NCBI GenBank assembly: GCA_000826855.1
Contig: JTLS01000180.1
Span: 1 to 32,602, forward strand
DNA length: 32,602 nucleotides
Source of the DNA: Basidioascus undulatus
Taxonomy: Eukaryota
Reading direction: 5' to 3'
Part shown: positions 20,251-32,602 of the stretch, in pieces
How the letters are laid out: each line of letters starts with the position of its first letter
Numbering within the stretch: position 1 is the stretch's first letter
Position numbers and translations under genes: made by a program
The notes under the pieces: generated by a model
What the model was told of the DNA's origin: nothing
The model's database searches: none
What the model saw: the letters and a program-made list of their open reading frames with translations, nothing else

Positions 20251-23200
20251 ATGGCGGCACGGTCAGGAGTACGAGCCTCGACCACAGCCTTTCGGGCCCC
20301 ACTGATGAGCAATGCAAACAGTATACGTCCACCCTCTTTCTCATTGATGTCTCGCCGTCGATGGGCACCATGCGCCGCGTGCCGGATGGCGTGAAGGTGG
20401 ACGAGCGCGGCAAGCCTTTCATGAAGGTGGTCACGGACCTTGAGTGGGTGCTCGAATATGTGCTCAAGAAGGTGCAGACCAAGGTGCGTTACCAGTTCCT
20501 TTATTTTCACTCGCATGCAATCGCTTATACGCGGAAGTGTATAGGTCATGGCGGGACTCAAGACCGAGAAGATTGGCGTGTTCCTTATCGGGTCGGACGG
20601 TGCGCCTCCTATCAAGTCCAGACACTTCAAGGCTGACGGCTTGTGATGATAGTCACGAAGAATCTCGTCAACGACGAGCGTCCGGATGAGTACGAGAACA
20701 TCGAGGAGTACATCCAGCTGCAGCAGCCCGGAGCAGCAACGCTCGACCGCATACGCGCTATCCGCCCATCGCAGACCGTCGGCGATCGTACGTCGTGAGG
20801 TCCCTGGGGCATCCAGGCAGGGACAGAAGCTCACTATCATTGGGGTATCCTTAGCGCTCAACGGCCTCGTTGTCGCGCTGCAGGCTATGTCCGTCGACAT
20901 CGGGAACAAAAGGACGTGGACCCGCAACATCATCCTCCTCACCGACGGCCGGAACGAGATCGACCACGAGGGATGGGAGGACATCGCGCGTCGCGCGGAG
21001 AACGACAACGTACATTTGACGCTGATGTAGGGGTTTCCATCATCTTCGTGGTCGGCCCGGTCGGAGGCTGACTGATTCCGTGTGCAGTGGCGTGGACTTT
21101 GATGACGACGCGGAGGACGGCCCGTTTAAAGAGGAGGACAAGCCGGAGCTCAAGGTGCGTATATCCATCTTCTAGCGCACCTGTTACTCAAGCTGACTGC
21201 GCATGTTCGAACAGCGCGAGAACGAAGAATTCTACCAGGAGCTCCTGTCGCGCGTCCCGCGCAATTTCTTCGGCACCGCCTCGCGCGCGCTCGCCGCGCT
21301 CGACAAGCCGCAGATCCGCCTCAAGAAGTCGCAGGTCAATCACCAAACGCTGCGCATCGGCGACCCAGAGCAGTACCCGGAGCAGTCGCTCGAGATCTCG
21401 GTCAAGTACTCCAAGGCCGTCGCGAAGACGCTCCCGCCGTCGATGAAGAAGATCAGCAAGAAGTCGGTCGGCTCGGGCGCGCTGGCGGGACGGAAGCTTC
21501 CGCGAAACTGGAGCCAGCGCGCTGACGACGGGGACATCACGATGGCGGAGCCGAGCGACGCGTACGCCGGCGGTAAGATCTCGAACGATACGAAGTACTT
21601 CCTCGTCCCCGAGCGCAAGTCCCCGCCAAAGGGCGTCGAGGAGGGCGCCGAAGAACCGATGGAGGAGGTTGAGGTTGAGGTGGAGCGGGAGCAGCTGCAG
21701 AAGGCGTACAAGTACGGCGCGACGTACGTGCCCAAGCCCAGCGAGGAGGAGGGCGGCTTCCAGGAGCTCGAGACAAAGAAGGGCATCGACATGCTCATGT
21801 TCATCCCTCAGAGGAAGGTGCGTCATGACGTCGGTTCATGCCGCTACAGCTTGCGGGACTGATACGATATGCTTTCGCAGTACGACCGCTACTTCTCGAT
21901 GGGCGAACCGGCCTACATCTTCGCCGACAAGACGTCGACGTTCTCGCAGACCGCGCTGAGCTCCGTCATCCACGGCCTCGTCCAGAATAACCTCTACATG
22001 CTCGTCCGTCTCGTCCGCGAGAACAACAAGGCGCCGATCGTCGGCGTATGTCGGCCCGTCGTCTTCGCAGACTACGAGTATCTGCATTTCGTGCGCGTGA
22101 GTATCGCGACGTGATTGCTGCGCAGAGCACGACGATTCTTACAGTTCCTTCTGCGCAGGTACCGTTCGCGGAGGACTACCGCAAGTACTCGTTCCCGAGC
22201 CTGACGCGCTTGTACACGACCAAGGCGAAGCGGGTGACGGAGCATAAGAACCTGCCGACGAAGGATTTGGACGCCAAGATGGACGCTTTCGTGGACGCGA
22301 TGGACCTGACGGGCGAGGGCCCGGAAGACGAGGAGGAGGACGAAGACGGGTAAGCCGGTTCTCCTATTCGACAGCTCGTCCTGTCCCACACTGAGCCTCA
22401 TCATGGACGACAGGAACATGATAAAATACCGCAAGGATTGGTTCGACATCTTCGAAGCCTACTCGCCGTCGGTCCACCGCATCCAGCAAGCGATCGTCCA
22501 CGGCGCGATGGTCGATGACCTTGACGCGGAACCGCTCCCGCCGCCGCACTTGGAACTCACGAAGTTCTTCAACCCCCCTGCGAGCGTCCTTAAGCGCGCA
22601 CGGCCCGCAGTTGAGGACTGCATCGAAGCCTTCGACGTGAAGAAAGGTGCGCTCTTCCTACTCCTATCCTGGATATCACAGCGCATTGCTCACGGATGTA
22701 CCGCCAGTGCCTCCGAAAGTGAAGAGGACGAAGCGCGGCGGCGCGCCCATCCCGGAGACGCTCGAGAGGATTGACATCGACGCGCTTCTTGGAGGATCCC
22801 CGCCTCCGAAGGCCATTTCCTCCTCAGCCTCGCCCACACGCTTGCTATCGAAGGCCGTCTCGAAGCCAGCGTCGCCCCGGCGCAAGACATCAACGCCGCC
22901 CGCGTCCGTTGGGGCTGCATCTCCCGCGCACGCGGTGAAGGCGGTGATGGAGGTCGAGGAGGTCGACAGTGACGCGACGGTCGACGACGAGGACGAAGGG
23001 TACCTGCAGGCGTATCGCCGCACGACCTCCCCAGCAGCCAAGCAGGCGGACGGCAAGACGCCCGAACCCGCGCGCCAGACCCCTACCGCGACGGCCGCAT
23101 CGAGTGCGACTTCGGAGCCGCAGACGCAGACGAACAGGCTCATCAACGTGCAAGACCCGCTCGGAGACTGGGACAAGGCCTACAGCCATTCAGGCGTACG

Positions 23201-23789
23201 TCTCTGCCGTCGATTGGCTGCGGAGAACAATGTGTGCTGACACGCACACGAACACTCTCGGTGAAGGACCTTTTCGACAAGATGTTCCTCGACATGGCGA
23301 GCGTAATCCCCGAGGTCGTCGAAGGCAGCTTCTCGCACTCAAGGTTTGACCTTGCAATGGAGTGCATGAAGGTGTTCAGGCGCACGGCTATCGACGTATG
23401 TCTCGCTCCCTCCGCTGTGGGGTTGAAACACCCGCTTACATCAGGCCCCTTTTTTTTTTTAGGAGGACGGTGCGGAAGAGTACAACCAGTGGGCTGAAAC
23501 TTCATATTTGTCGTTCACTGTCCGCATATACACTGACGTTATGATGCGTCCTTGCAGGTTCATCCGCACCTTCAAGTCGACCTGCCCAAAGCCTAAGTTT
23601 TGGGAGAAGGTCCGGAAGGAGGAAGGACTTGATCTGGGCCTCATCACGAGCGCCGAGGAGAACAACTCTGACGTCTCGGTTGAGGAGGCGAGGAAGGTAC
23701 GCGTTCCTGTTGTGCAGCCGTCAGCAGCGCAGAGATTTTGGGACGGCTCGCTGATGAAGCCTGCTCATCCGCAGTTTATGTCTTCTTGA
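20251..23789 (+). CDS. KU80: Ku80 NHEJ DNA end-binding subunit (about 14 introns)
   Basis: MAARSG|YTSTLFLIDVSPSMG (vWA), RNIILLTDG, KAYKYGATYVP, VPFAEDYRKYSFPSL, MDAFVDAMDL, YSPSVHRIQQAIVHGA, PLPPPHLELTKFFNPP, and C-terminal FWEKVRK..LGLITSAE..SDVSVEEARK|FMSS*. All junctions are canonical and in frame. A probable 5'UTR intron lies at 20159-20249. Confidence 0.93.
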
Positions 23790-25334
23790 TCAGCACAGTC
23801 CCAATTCTTATCCACCGTCGCAACCCCGCATCACGACCGCCATGACAGTTCACGTTCTGTTGTACTTGTACCAACCTTGCATGTTTTCGAAGCTATTTCT
23901 GTTGTCCGTCACGACATTGAGTGAAACGGATTGCACAGCGTGAAGAAGGCAGGAGCCATGTCTGTGTCTAAGAAAAATCTTGTACTCGATTGATGGCGAG
24001 GCGCTCAGCTGCCAGAGAATCTCAGCGGCCGCTAAAAATGAAGGTGACTTCCCCGTGACGAAAATATGAAAGGCGATATCTCATTCAGGGATAAATAATA
24101 CAATCTGAAGCAAAAGAAATGTGGAAATGTGAGGGAAGCTGCACACGTTTACAGGACAGTGGCCCCGCCCGAGCGTTCAACGGCCGGGCGGACAAGCGCT
24201 CCAACCTTCTCTCATCATCGTCGCTTGCTCGCTTCTTAGACTTCACGGTTGCCGGCTTCGCGAGACTTCGATCACTCATAGATAACAGCTGATTTACTCG
24301 GTCTCTGATGGAAGGCCTGAACGGGGATGTAAAGTGTCACGCGTAAGTCATTTCATCAAAGTCTACGGTGGTTCTAACCCATGGCGGACTCATTCAGACT
24401 ACCCAGCCACCTGGATGGCCTCGCCATCTTTTAGGTAGACGAGATCCCGGCTGCATCCGGAAATGCGAGTTACTGCCCTATTAAAGTGGATCACCTTTTA
24501 ATCTTGCTCTCAGGCAGTGCGCAGCAGCCAGCACACGCTGTGACGCGTCCGGCAGGGTGGAGTTCGCTCATAAGCCGGGTATAGTGATAGCCCTACTAAT
24601 ATGTTGTCATTTGCCTTGTTTGATTGACGAAGATCGACACAGGTTCTCATTCCGCTCGAACAGCTTCCGCGTCCTGAGGCACTGCGGTGTGCGGTGGGGT
24701 GGATCGCCTTCCGCACCCGCCCACGCCAGCGCCAGGTCCGCGCCCGCTCGACCCGCCGGTCCCGCCCCGCCAAGCTGGGTTCCCAATTGCGCGATTCAGC
24801 GTCCCAGACACACACCTTATTTTGTTTATCGTCGTCGTGCCCGCACGAGGCCACATGTCTTCCCGCTAAGGGGGGTTGACGCACTCACTAGGGGTTGTCC
24901 CAGAACGCTGGCGTACCTCACTACCCTCGTTTCGCTCTCGCTCTCCAAACTCGCTCCATTGATCGCGTTCACGAGGTTCGCCTCCTCACCGAGTCCGCGT
25001 CGTTCCGTCCCTTACCCTCAAACCAGCGCTATCCTGTTTCGCTACAGCGTCGATTTCGACGACGTCGCGGGCGGGCTCGGCAGTGCAATAGCGCGTACCT
25101 TGCTTTGAAGTCGCTTGGACTCTTGCTCCTGCGCTTCGAGCCACCCGGTGCTCATCGTCTTCGTTCGACCCAACGTCACTATAGCCTGTTTCGTACCAGC
25201 CCCCCTTACGCCCTCTGCCCTGCCTCCGATTCCGCAGCCTCCTTCCGCTCATCTCTCTTCCCGCTCATCTCTCACTCTGTACCACCTTTCGTGCTGCGCC
25301 GCTGCCGTCCTTCGCCGGGGGATCATAGGCCAGC

Positions 25335-26795
25335 ATGCCAACTTACACCGGCACCGTCCCCACTCCGACGGACGCCTCGATCCTCCTGCGCGCAGCCGCT
25401 GCCGGTGCCTTACCCGTCTTTCGTCGCCGCTTGACGTCGTCCGAGCGGCTGAGCATCAAGGCTGGAGACGTATTCGTGTGGGAGGAAGGAGTCGGCATGC
25501 AGCGATGGACGGATGGGCGGCGGTGGGGTCCTAGTCGCGTCCAAGGCGGGTTCCTGTGGTATCGCGAAGTGGAAGAAGGGCGTGGGCGGAGCAGGTCAGC
25601 GTTTCAACACTATGTTTGCGCAGTGGGATGCACTTAAATGAAATTGGCGTACAGGTCCTCCCTCGATGAACCCGCGTCTTCTTCCTCGGTCACCGCCGCG
25701 CCGCGTCCCACGAACACTGCGCCCGCCCTTACGAAACAGACCTATTCCCTTCCCCCGCCTCAGACGCCTCCATCGCCATCCGCCCCGCCTCCACCTCCCC
25801 GTCTGCACCTCGTCTGCTATTCCCTCCCCACACCCGACCCGAATCTCCCGACCCCCACCACCGACCCTGCCCTCGCCGCGTACCGCAATGCGCCGAACGA
25901 CTCGCGGCCGTTCACGCCGTGCGTGCTCGAGACCCGACGCGCGAGTGCCGAGGCGGACAAACCGCGCGAAGAAGAAGGCTGGACGAGCAGCTCGGCTGCG
26001 CCGCCCCTCCACCGCAAGCGGCCGGGCTCGCCGGTCTTCGCCTACAGCGCGCCGCCGTCCGGGCCGCCGTCGGAGTCCGCCGTAACTGGCGCGTCTAAAC
26101 GACTACGCCTCGCCTCGCCTCCGTCCGGCGCTTCCTCGGCTCGCTTCTCTCCTCCCCCAACGCCCCCCATCTCCTCCACCCGCTCAGACTTTCCAGAGAT
26201 CCACTCGGCCCCTGCGATGGGCGGGCAGTCCTCCCACTCACCATTCACCCCGCGCGCATCGTTATCACTTGACGAGTCGTGGCAGAGTCACCCGTCGTCA
26301 CGACCGTACGAGTTCATCACCCCACCTGTCTCCGGAGCACGCGCCGACTTCTTCCCGATGCTGCAAGCGCCGCTGGGGCACCACCCTAGGCGTTCGTCCA
26401 TTTCCTTCAGCGGCAGCGGCGGGGCCGCACAGCCCTCCTATCGCTCCCCGCCGCTCGCACGCCGCTCGCCTAGCCTCCGATCGACTCTCGCCTGTGCCGA
26501 GCAGCTCCAGCGGCTATCCGGCAGCACCATGCACTCGCTCCCCTCCCTCGCTGTCTCGTATGGCGATCACCCACCTCCACCGCCGCTACCGCTGCCGCGG
26601 CCGCCGCCGTCGCTGTATACGACCCATGCATACCCCCCGACGTCTCCGACTTTCCCCCTCCCATCGCCGCAACAGGCCTGCGTGCCAGCCGCGGCGGACG
26701 CTTTCATGGATTTTTCCCCGCAGGGCTTCCACTTTCGGCGGACGCTTTGCGATGAGGACCGCAGGCAATTGGACTCTTTTCGGCTCACTCTGTAG
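25335..26795 (+). CDS. Gti1/Pac2 (WOPR) family transcription factor (exons 25335-25594, 25655-26795)
   Basis: PTYTGTVPTPTDASILL..RRRLTSSERLSIKAGDVFVWEEGVGMQRWTDGRRWGPSRVQGGFLWYRE (WOPRa); LTKQTYS...LHLVCYS...LPTPTTDPAL (WOPRb). Intron GTCAGC..TACAG. Confidence 0.92.
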
Positions 26796-29091
26796 CACTA
26801 TTGCAATGTTTCTGCTCTTTTGCATACGCACGCAGCAATGCGCTCCACAAACACACGCACACACTGTCTACTTATCACCATGCACTGCGCTGTTCTTCCC
26901 AACCCGCGTCCCGTCATTTTTGGCATTGCTCCACGTTGTACGACGCTTCGTTTCTTGCTTGCACTTTCGCCGATGCTAGCATATGGTGTTTCGGCCGTGC
27001 ACCGAGTGGCACTATCACCTTGTCTGGCTTCGCCCAATGTCAGTCTCAAGATTGAGCTATCGTCATGAGTTCAAATCAAAAATCAGCGCCGGGCTGCTTT
27101 CGAAGTGGCCCCGGGATGTGCCGCACACACGCCGCATCAGTCTGATACCAGGGGCGTCCGCTATTCGATATTCTCGCAACGTCCAGGTTACTTTGGGCAA
27201 CTCAAGCTCTGGCAGCATCCCGTCAGATGAGGACAGCTACATAGCTTGCACTTGTGCTTGTCCTCAAGGCTGATAACCGCACCCGAAGCACCCTAGCCAT
27301 TCGCACCTTCGTGATGTCGAATCGTCCTCAAATACTGCTTGCGGTGCATTCTCCTTTGCTGTGGAGGCGAAAACGCGCCGCAACGTTCTGAACTGACACG
27401 TCATGACTGTCCGTCGCCGTGCAGCTGTTGCATGCGCGAGCGCCACACATCGTCCTGTATAGTTGAACGTTGCACCGCAGCGTGGTGCCAGCATACGTGG
27501 GACCGCAGAGCACAAATAACGAAGGCTACTGACGCGGTTTTGTTGCGCAAGGAACCACGATATGCCATTAGTTTATCTTTCTGTGATTGAAGGGAGCACA
27601 GAAGCCGTATTCTCTTCACGGGATTTGGAGCAGGGCATCATCCCATGTCATGTTCTCCACGGCGTCAAGCACTCTGTATTTGCCTCGTACCTCCCGACGT
27701 TTATCCAAAATCTCAAACACAGCACCGTCCGGCCTACAAGTTTACCAACTGAGTGTATACGCATGTTGCCCATGTGTCAGAGCGTCTAGCTGGTCGTACC
27801 AATGGGGCTAGAACGGAGTCCGTTTTGGTCCTTGTTCGTTCTCAATTTTCTACTACATTGACCAATATTTACTAGCACAGCAGTTCAAAACTCCTATTCA
27901 CGCGGTATGCTGCCTCCTCAGGCCCATAGCCCCGCCATTCTCCGCCCTTGGGGCATTGTTCCGCTGGTTTGATTACCAGTATCACATTTTCAATTGTACC
28001 CAAAGATTTCCTAAAAAAAGGGCTTTCCGGTGCTATGGGCTCCACTCATCCAAGTGTACTCCGCTCGCCTTGAAAGAGGGCAAGGTTGGCGAGCTTCACG
28101 CTGCAAGGCCAGGTGAGGTACGTGTAGGCAGACAGCGTCGACTCTGGCAGGTGAGCTGCCTGTTTTGAGTTGTTAATAAACACCAATTGAAGTGAGTTCA
28201 GGCATATTGCTGATATTCGCAATGGCTCTTCAGGGTGAATAGGCTGATACCACTGCGCACGCAGCTGTCACTGTGGGTGTAGCTCGGAGTATCTGGGGGC
28301 TGCAAAGGCAAGCCTTGCGCAGCCTTTTACTGAAGGTGAAGTCTTGTCATTATTGGAATAGAGTCCCAAATGAATACATACCACACTCCTTCCAGTACTA
28401 AGATGGATCGGTCCTGCATCAGAGGCACTACCACGGCAGGGTGCTTGCGGTGTTCACATCGATGCGATAGTGATAACTCCGGCCGCATTAAGTCTTTCGG
28501 ATTCTTGGGATTGTGAGGAGGCGTCCTCACGCACATTGGTTTGAATTTGGCTCCAAGTCGAGACGTTGGCATTTAGGGAATATCCAGTACAGAAAGTTCC
28601 CAGCTCAAAAGACTTGAGATGGAGCGCATGTCGGCAGCGCGCGATTGCGAATACGCCGTCCAGCATGCAACTTGATGAGAGCGTGCGACCACCAACTGCC
28701 AGCACTTGTAGAGTTGAACGTAATCCCGAATGCCTATATTCTCTTTGCATCCATGCGGTGTATCTCCGGGAAGATGTTCATCGTGTCGACTCTGCCGGTC
28801 GCTGCGACGACAGATCGCCGCCATGCTCCCCATCTGCAAGGCAGCGTCGTGTCTCTGCCCTGGATAAGGGATTAGGCAAGTTGTAATATTTTGAAGAGGT
28901 ACACTATTTGCCTCTCACGCTGTTCGCATTTTCACTTTTCACCAACGGGTCAAGACAGCAAACGGTCGACTCCGGGGTCCAGCGCCAAGGCTCATTCACG
29001 TGAATCTGGCCGCCCGACGCAGCTTCCCCACCGACGCTCACCATCTCCATCTCCCCAATTGCTCCTCCTCCTCCCTGCCGTACAGATCGCA

Positions 29092-31848
29092 ATGCCGGTC
29101 ATACGCATCAGACGGCGCTCTTCCGTCGTGCCGTGCCCGCCCCTGCTCGAGCCGGACGCAGACCCGCTCCCGTCGCCGTCGCCCGCCGACGCCCTCCAGC
29201 CCGCGTCCCGCGGCCCCGCGCCCCCTTTCAACAGGGACTCGTCCAACTCCACCACCGCCACGCCAACCCCACCCCGACGAGACAGCGTCCCCCCGCCGCC
29301 CACACGTCCGCGCGCACGCTCACGCACCCTCCACTCCATCTTCGGCGATGCAGAGGCCGGCTACGGCCACCTGATCGACACCGAGCCCGCCCCTCCCGTC
29401 GCAGCACCACCAGCTGAGGCGGGCGCTCCCGCACCCCTTCCCCCTCGCAAATCCAGCGTAGTAGACTCGCTGCGCTCGCGCCTAGGCAGCGTCTCGTCTG
29501 CTGCTGGGGCGGGTGCCGCTGCAGGCGAGGATTCAGCCGCAGGCGGAACAAGACCCAGGTGCGGGAGCAAGCTCAGTATCGGCAGTGGGAGCGGGAGGCG
29601 CCGCGACAGGGGAGCGAGCATCGGGAGTGTGGTCGGGCAGGATTTGGATACGCTTCACCATCCGGATGAGGTTGTCGAACATTTGGACGTGATCGGTGCG
29701 TCTTCCACTTTCCACACTGCCACCCACCCATCTTCTTACACTGCGTTTCCCTTCCACGACCCAAAAGATCCCCAAATAGCCGCCATAGGCCACCTTCAGA
29801 ACGCCGCCGTGCGTCTACTCATTGCCTCCCTGCTCCCCACCCATCTTCCTAACACTTCCACCCCACGGAGTAGAACACAATCCTCCTCCCTCCTCTGCCC
29901 TCGCTCTACTCTCGCGTGCCCAGCATTCCCCTCCCCACCACTTCCCCCTTGTCCGACCCTGAAAAGGGCAAGATGGTTGGGGAGGAGGACGAGGAGCTGG
30001 ACGAGTATGTCCATGAGCTCCTCACGCGCAGGCACAAGTTCAAGCGCGGCATGCGGGGCGTGTGGGCATTCTTGAAGACGCGTGCGTTCTGCGTTCCCAT
30101 AGTAGAATGCTTGATGTCCCAGGGCTGATGCTGGGCCGTTTTGGGATGCTATGCAGCTCTGGGGATACTAGTAGGGATCTACGGCCTCGTGCGCCCTTGT
30201 TTTCCTACTCTCCTAGTACCCATATCTGACTGGCACATTATCTATATTCAACAGGCAGTGGTGTTCTGGGGCTCCGCAATCGTTCTCTTCCTCGTGCGCT
30301 GGATTGACTTGCACAATGGTCCGTTGCTTCCCGGTCCTTTCACCCACTATTCCGCCTCACGCACATCTGACGCTGTTACTCGGACGATCCAGATCGCACC
30401 CAGAAGAAATGGATAGGTACGCTTCTGACTTTCACTGTCTCTTTCCTTCGACGAATGGCGGAGACTGACTGATCGCATGTACATCGGGCGGCAATGCAGA
30501 GATCAGCTGTCAAGTAACCGTACGTCCCTCTTCCCCGCCTAGCGAGGTTGGCAGGGTGGGTTTCAGTGGGGAACTGAGCGTGCACGAGGGACAGAACTTC
30601 CTCTTCTGCACAGGGATAATCCTCATCCCCTGGCGCGTCCGAGACACGTACCGCATCGTCCGGTCCGCCCTTCGCGCCCTTCCGACCCCTCGCCCTCGCC
30701 CTCTGACCCACATCCATCTGATCTAGCATCTGGCACTACGCCCACTTAACCTCTCGCCGACGCCGTGCGCGCGGTCTCCCGCCGCTCAAAGACAAAAACG
30801 ACCTCCCCCGCCTGGTGGAGGACGCTGATTACGAGCCTGTCCTGAGTGTGGAGGAGCAGCGGAGATTGGAGTGGCAGCAGGGTGAGTGGGGCGTGGTAGG
30901 CGAAAGGTAGGCAAGAGCGGGATGACGCTGACGCGGGGTTGGGGGGACAGAGAAGTTCGCAGAGAGTAACACGTATTACAGGGCGCATGAGTCAGAGACG
31001 CACAAGGTCTGTTTCGTGTCTTCATCCAAGGAAGGTGGCAGCTGACATAGATTGAGGGATGGCGCCAGGCGTTTCCCATCACCTTCGCGCTCTGGATCTG
31101 TATCGTGCGTCTCCTTAAACGTTTGCGCTCCCGCCCTCTCGTTCGACTGATCAGTCCCGGAGAGATGCAGTTCGCGGACGGGAACTCGCTCTTCCAGTGT
31201 ATGCTCAGCGTGCGCTTGCGTTTCGCACCTCCAGCTGTCATTTGAGCCTCACGCAACGAAATGGGGGTTGACGATGAGGACAGGGTGCTATGTGGGGCTA
31301 CTGGGGCTTCTCGGGCGAGCCACCCAAGTATGATTCGCGTCCGCCGTACGTCCCACCTTCCTCCAACTCGCACGAGTGCGCCCCAGTCCCCTCGCTGAGA
31401 CGATGCACTCGGTGTCCGCACAGCGCATTAACCGGCCTCGGCGTCGGCCTCTCCTTCCTCCGCGGCGCCCGTCCGTCTTCCTTTCCCCCCTGAACCACGA
31501 TTCGGACCGGGCAACCTGTTTACCTCTGGAGGGGTGGTTGGGGATTACCTAGTGGCCGGCATACTCACATGGCGTGGCGGCGCACGCTCAAAGAAGACCG
31601 AAGAAGTAACGCAGAAGCTCCGCGCGGCACTCGCGCTCCCCGTCGAGGACGGGTGGTTTGGCGCGCGGGACGAGCTGGTGCGGATACGCACGGGCAAGGA
31701 TGGAGAGGGTGAGGAAGGGGAGGAGTGCAAGGAGAAGGTTGGTGGGGAGGTGAGAAGAGGAGCGGGGAAAGCGCATGGGCATTGGAACGGGGAAGGGTGT
31801 GCGTTGGCCCCGAGGCACTCGAGCAGGCAGGAGGGCGTCGTGCTATAG
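29092..31848 (+). CDS. conserved fungal integral membrane protein, DUF2985-like, many short exons
   Basis: Canonical introns splice into one frame: DEVVEHLDVI|DPQIAAIGHLQNAA|NTILLPP...GVWAFLKT|PLGILVGIYGL|AVVFWGSAIVLFL...KKWI|EISCQVT|NFLFCTGIILIPWRVRDTYR...GLPPLKDKNDLP...YYRAHESETHK|AFPITFALWIC..DGNSLFQCML..MWG...LTWRGGARSKKTEEV; TAG at 31846-31848. The family name is from recall, not a search. Confidence 0.8.
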
Positions 31849-32602
31849 GGCGCTGCGGGATGCGGAGTGCCATCTTCGGGACCTTTCTTTCTTGGTTCTT
31901 GTTTTGGGCAGTCCGCCGCCCGGGTGGGTGGTACGGCGCCGGTCCGGACAGTGGATTGGGGACAATTGGCTTGTTGTGTGTTGTCAGTGTGTGTTGCTTG
32001 CTTGTTTTGTTTAGACGATTTCGTTCATGTTTATTTCAGGGGATTACGAGATACACAAGTTACGTTGCGGATCTCCGTCTGTTGGACGCAGTTGGAGTTG
32101 TACCTAAGATGTTGGGCACAGAACATTAGGACTGCATTCCCGAATGCAAACCAGGCGGTAGCGTTGAGTAGTTGGCGCCTGAGCGAAGGGCTGAAATAAA
32201 AATCCCTGGCACATCATATATCTTTGTTGTCTCCCTATTCGCGTTTGTTCCCTCTCTTGATGCATAATGTAGTGAGTGAGGCCGGTGACATACTACCAAC
32301 TGCGCAAGACATAACACAGTCTCAAGGGATGACTACCCTGCTTCCATAGCTGACAAGGCCTTCAAGCAGGCAGGTATATGGAAAACGGCACATTGACTGT
32401 TGAGAGCAATAAACATTCTCGCATGGGAATAAGTCATAAACAAGTGCTTGTCTGAGAGTGATGCAGCAGTTGAAGCCCACAAACACATGTTTTGTGTACT
32501 TATACTGTAGATGAGCAGCGGGGGTCTGGTTCTGGGAACAGCAGAGGAGCAACAGCAGGAACAGTAATGGAGCTAGAAAGGAGCAGGAGTCTAGGCTGGG
32601 AA

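Noticed and set aside
20302..20321. CTGATGA-GC-AAT-GC-AAAC as a hammerhead ribozyme core or snoRNA box C
   Set aside because: It lacks GAAA and flanking stems, and it is the branch/acceptor region of a KU80 intron.
20082..21008. 308-aa minus-strand ORF
   Set aside because: It is antisense to KU80 exons and introns and has no recognisable domain.

Overview
Eukaryotic, intron-rich, GC-rich fungal DNA. It is a basidiomycete; gene style suggests a Pucciniomycotina red-yeast-like organism (inference). Hand-splicing gives six apparently intact genes with recognisable families: a RING-H2 E3 ligase (8744-11280 +), THUMP-domain Tan1 (14062-15636 +), a heterotrimeric G-protein alpha subunit (16209-18780 -), Ku80 (20251-23789 +), a Gti1/Pac2 (WOPR) transcription factor (25335-26795 +) and a DUF2985-like membrane protein (29092-31848 +). 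There is also a GNAT-like orphan (3284-4097 +). Two genes are clear pseudogenes: a proline-racemase-family dehydratase (5097-6595 -) and an NYN-domain RNase (about 11848-13186 +). The left end holds a frameshifted IS630/Tc1-type DDE transposase lying tail-to-tail with a spliced Cys/His-motif gene, possibly a two-gene element. The most striking observation is in the G-alpha gene. Its conserved C-terminus (VTD-TIIQRNLREMLL*) can only be produced if a nested [D1,2] spliceosomal twin intron (stwintron, 16945-16332) is removed in two ordered steps, followed by a GC-AG intron. All gene models are manual; no database searches were run.
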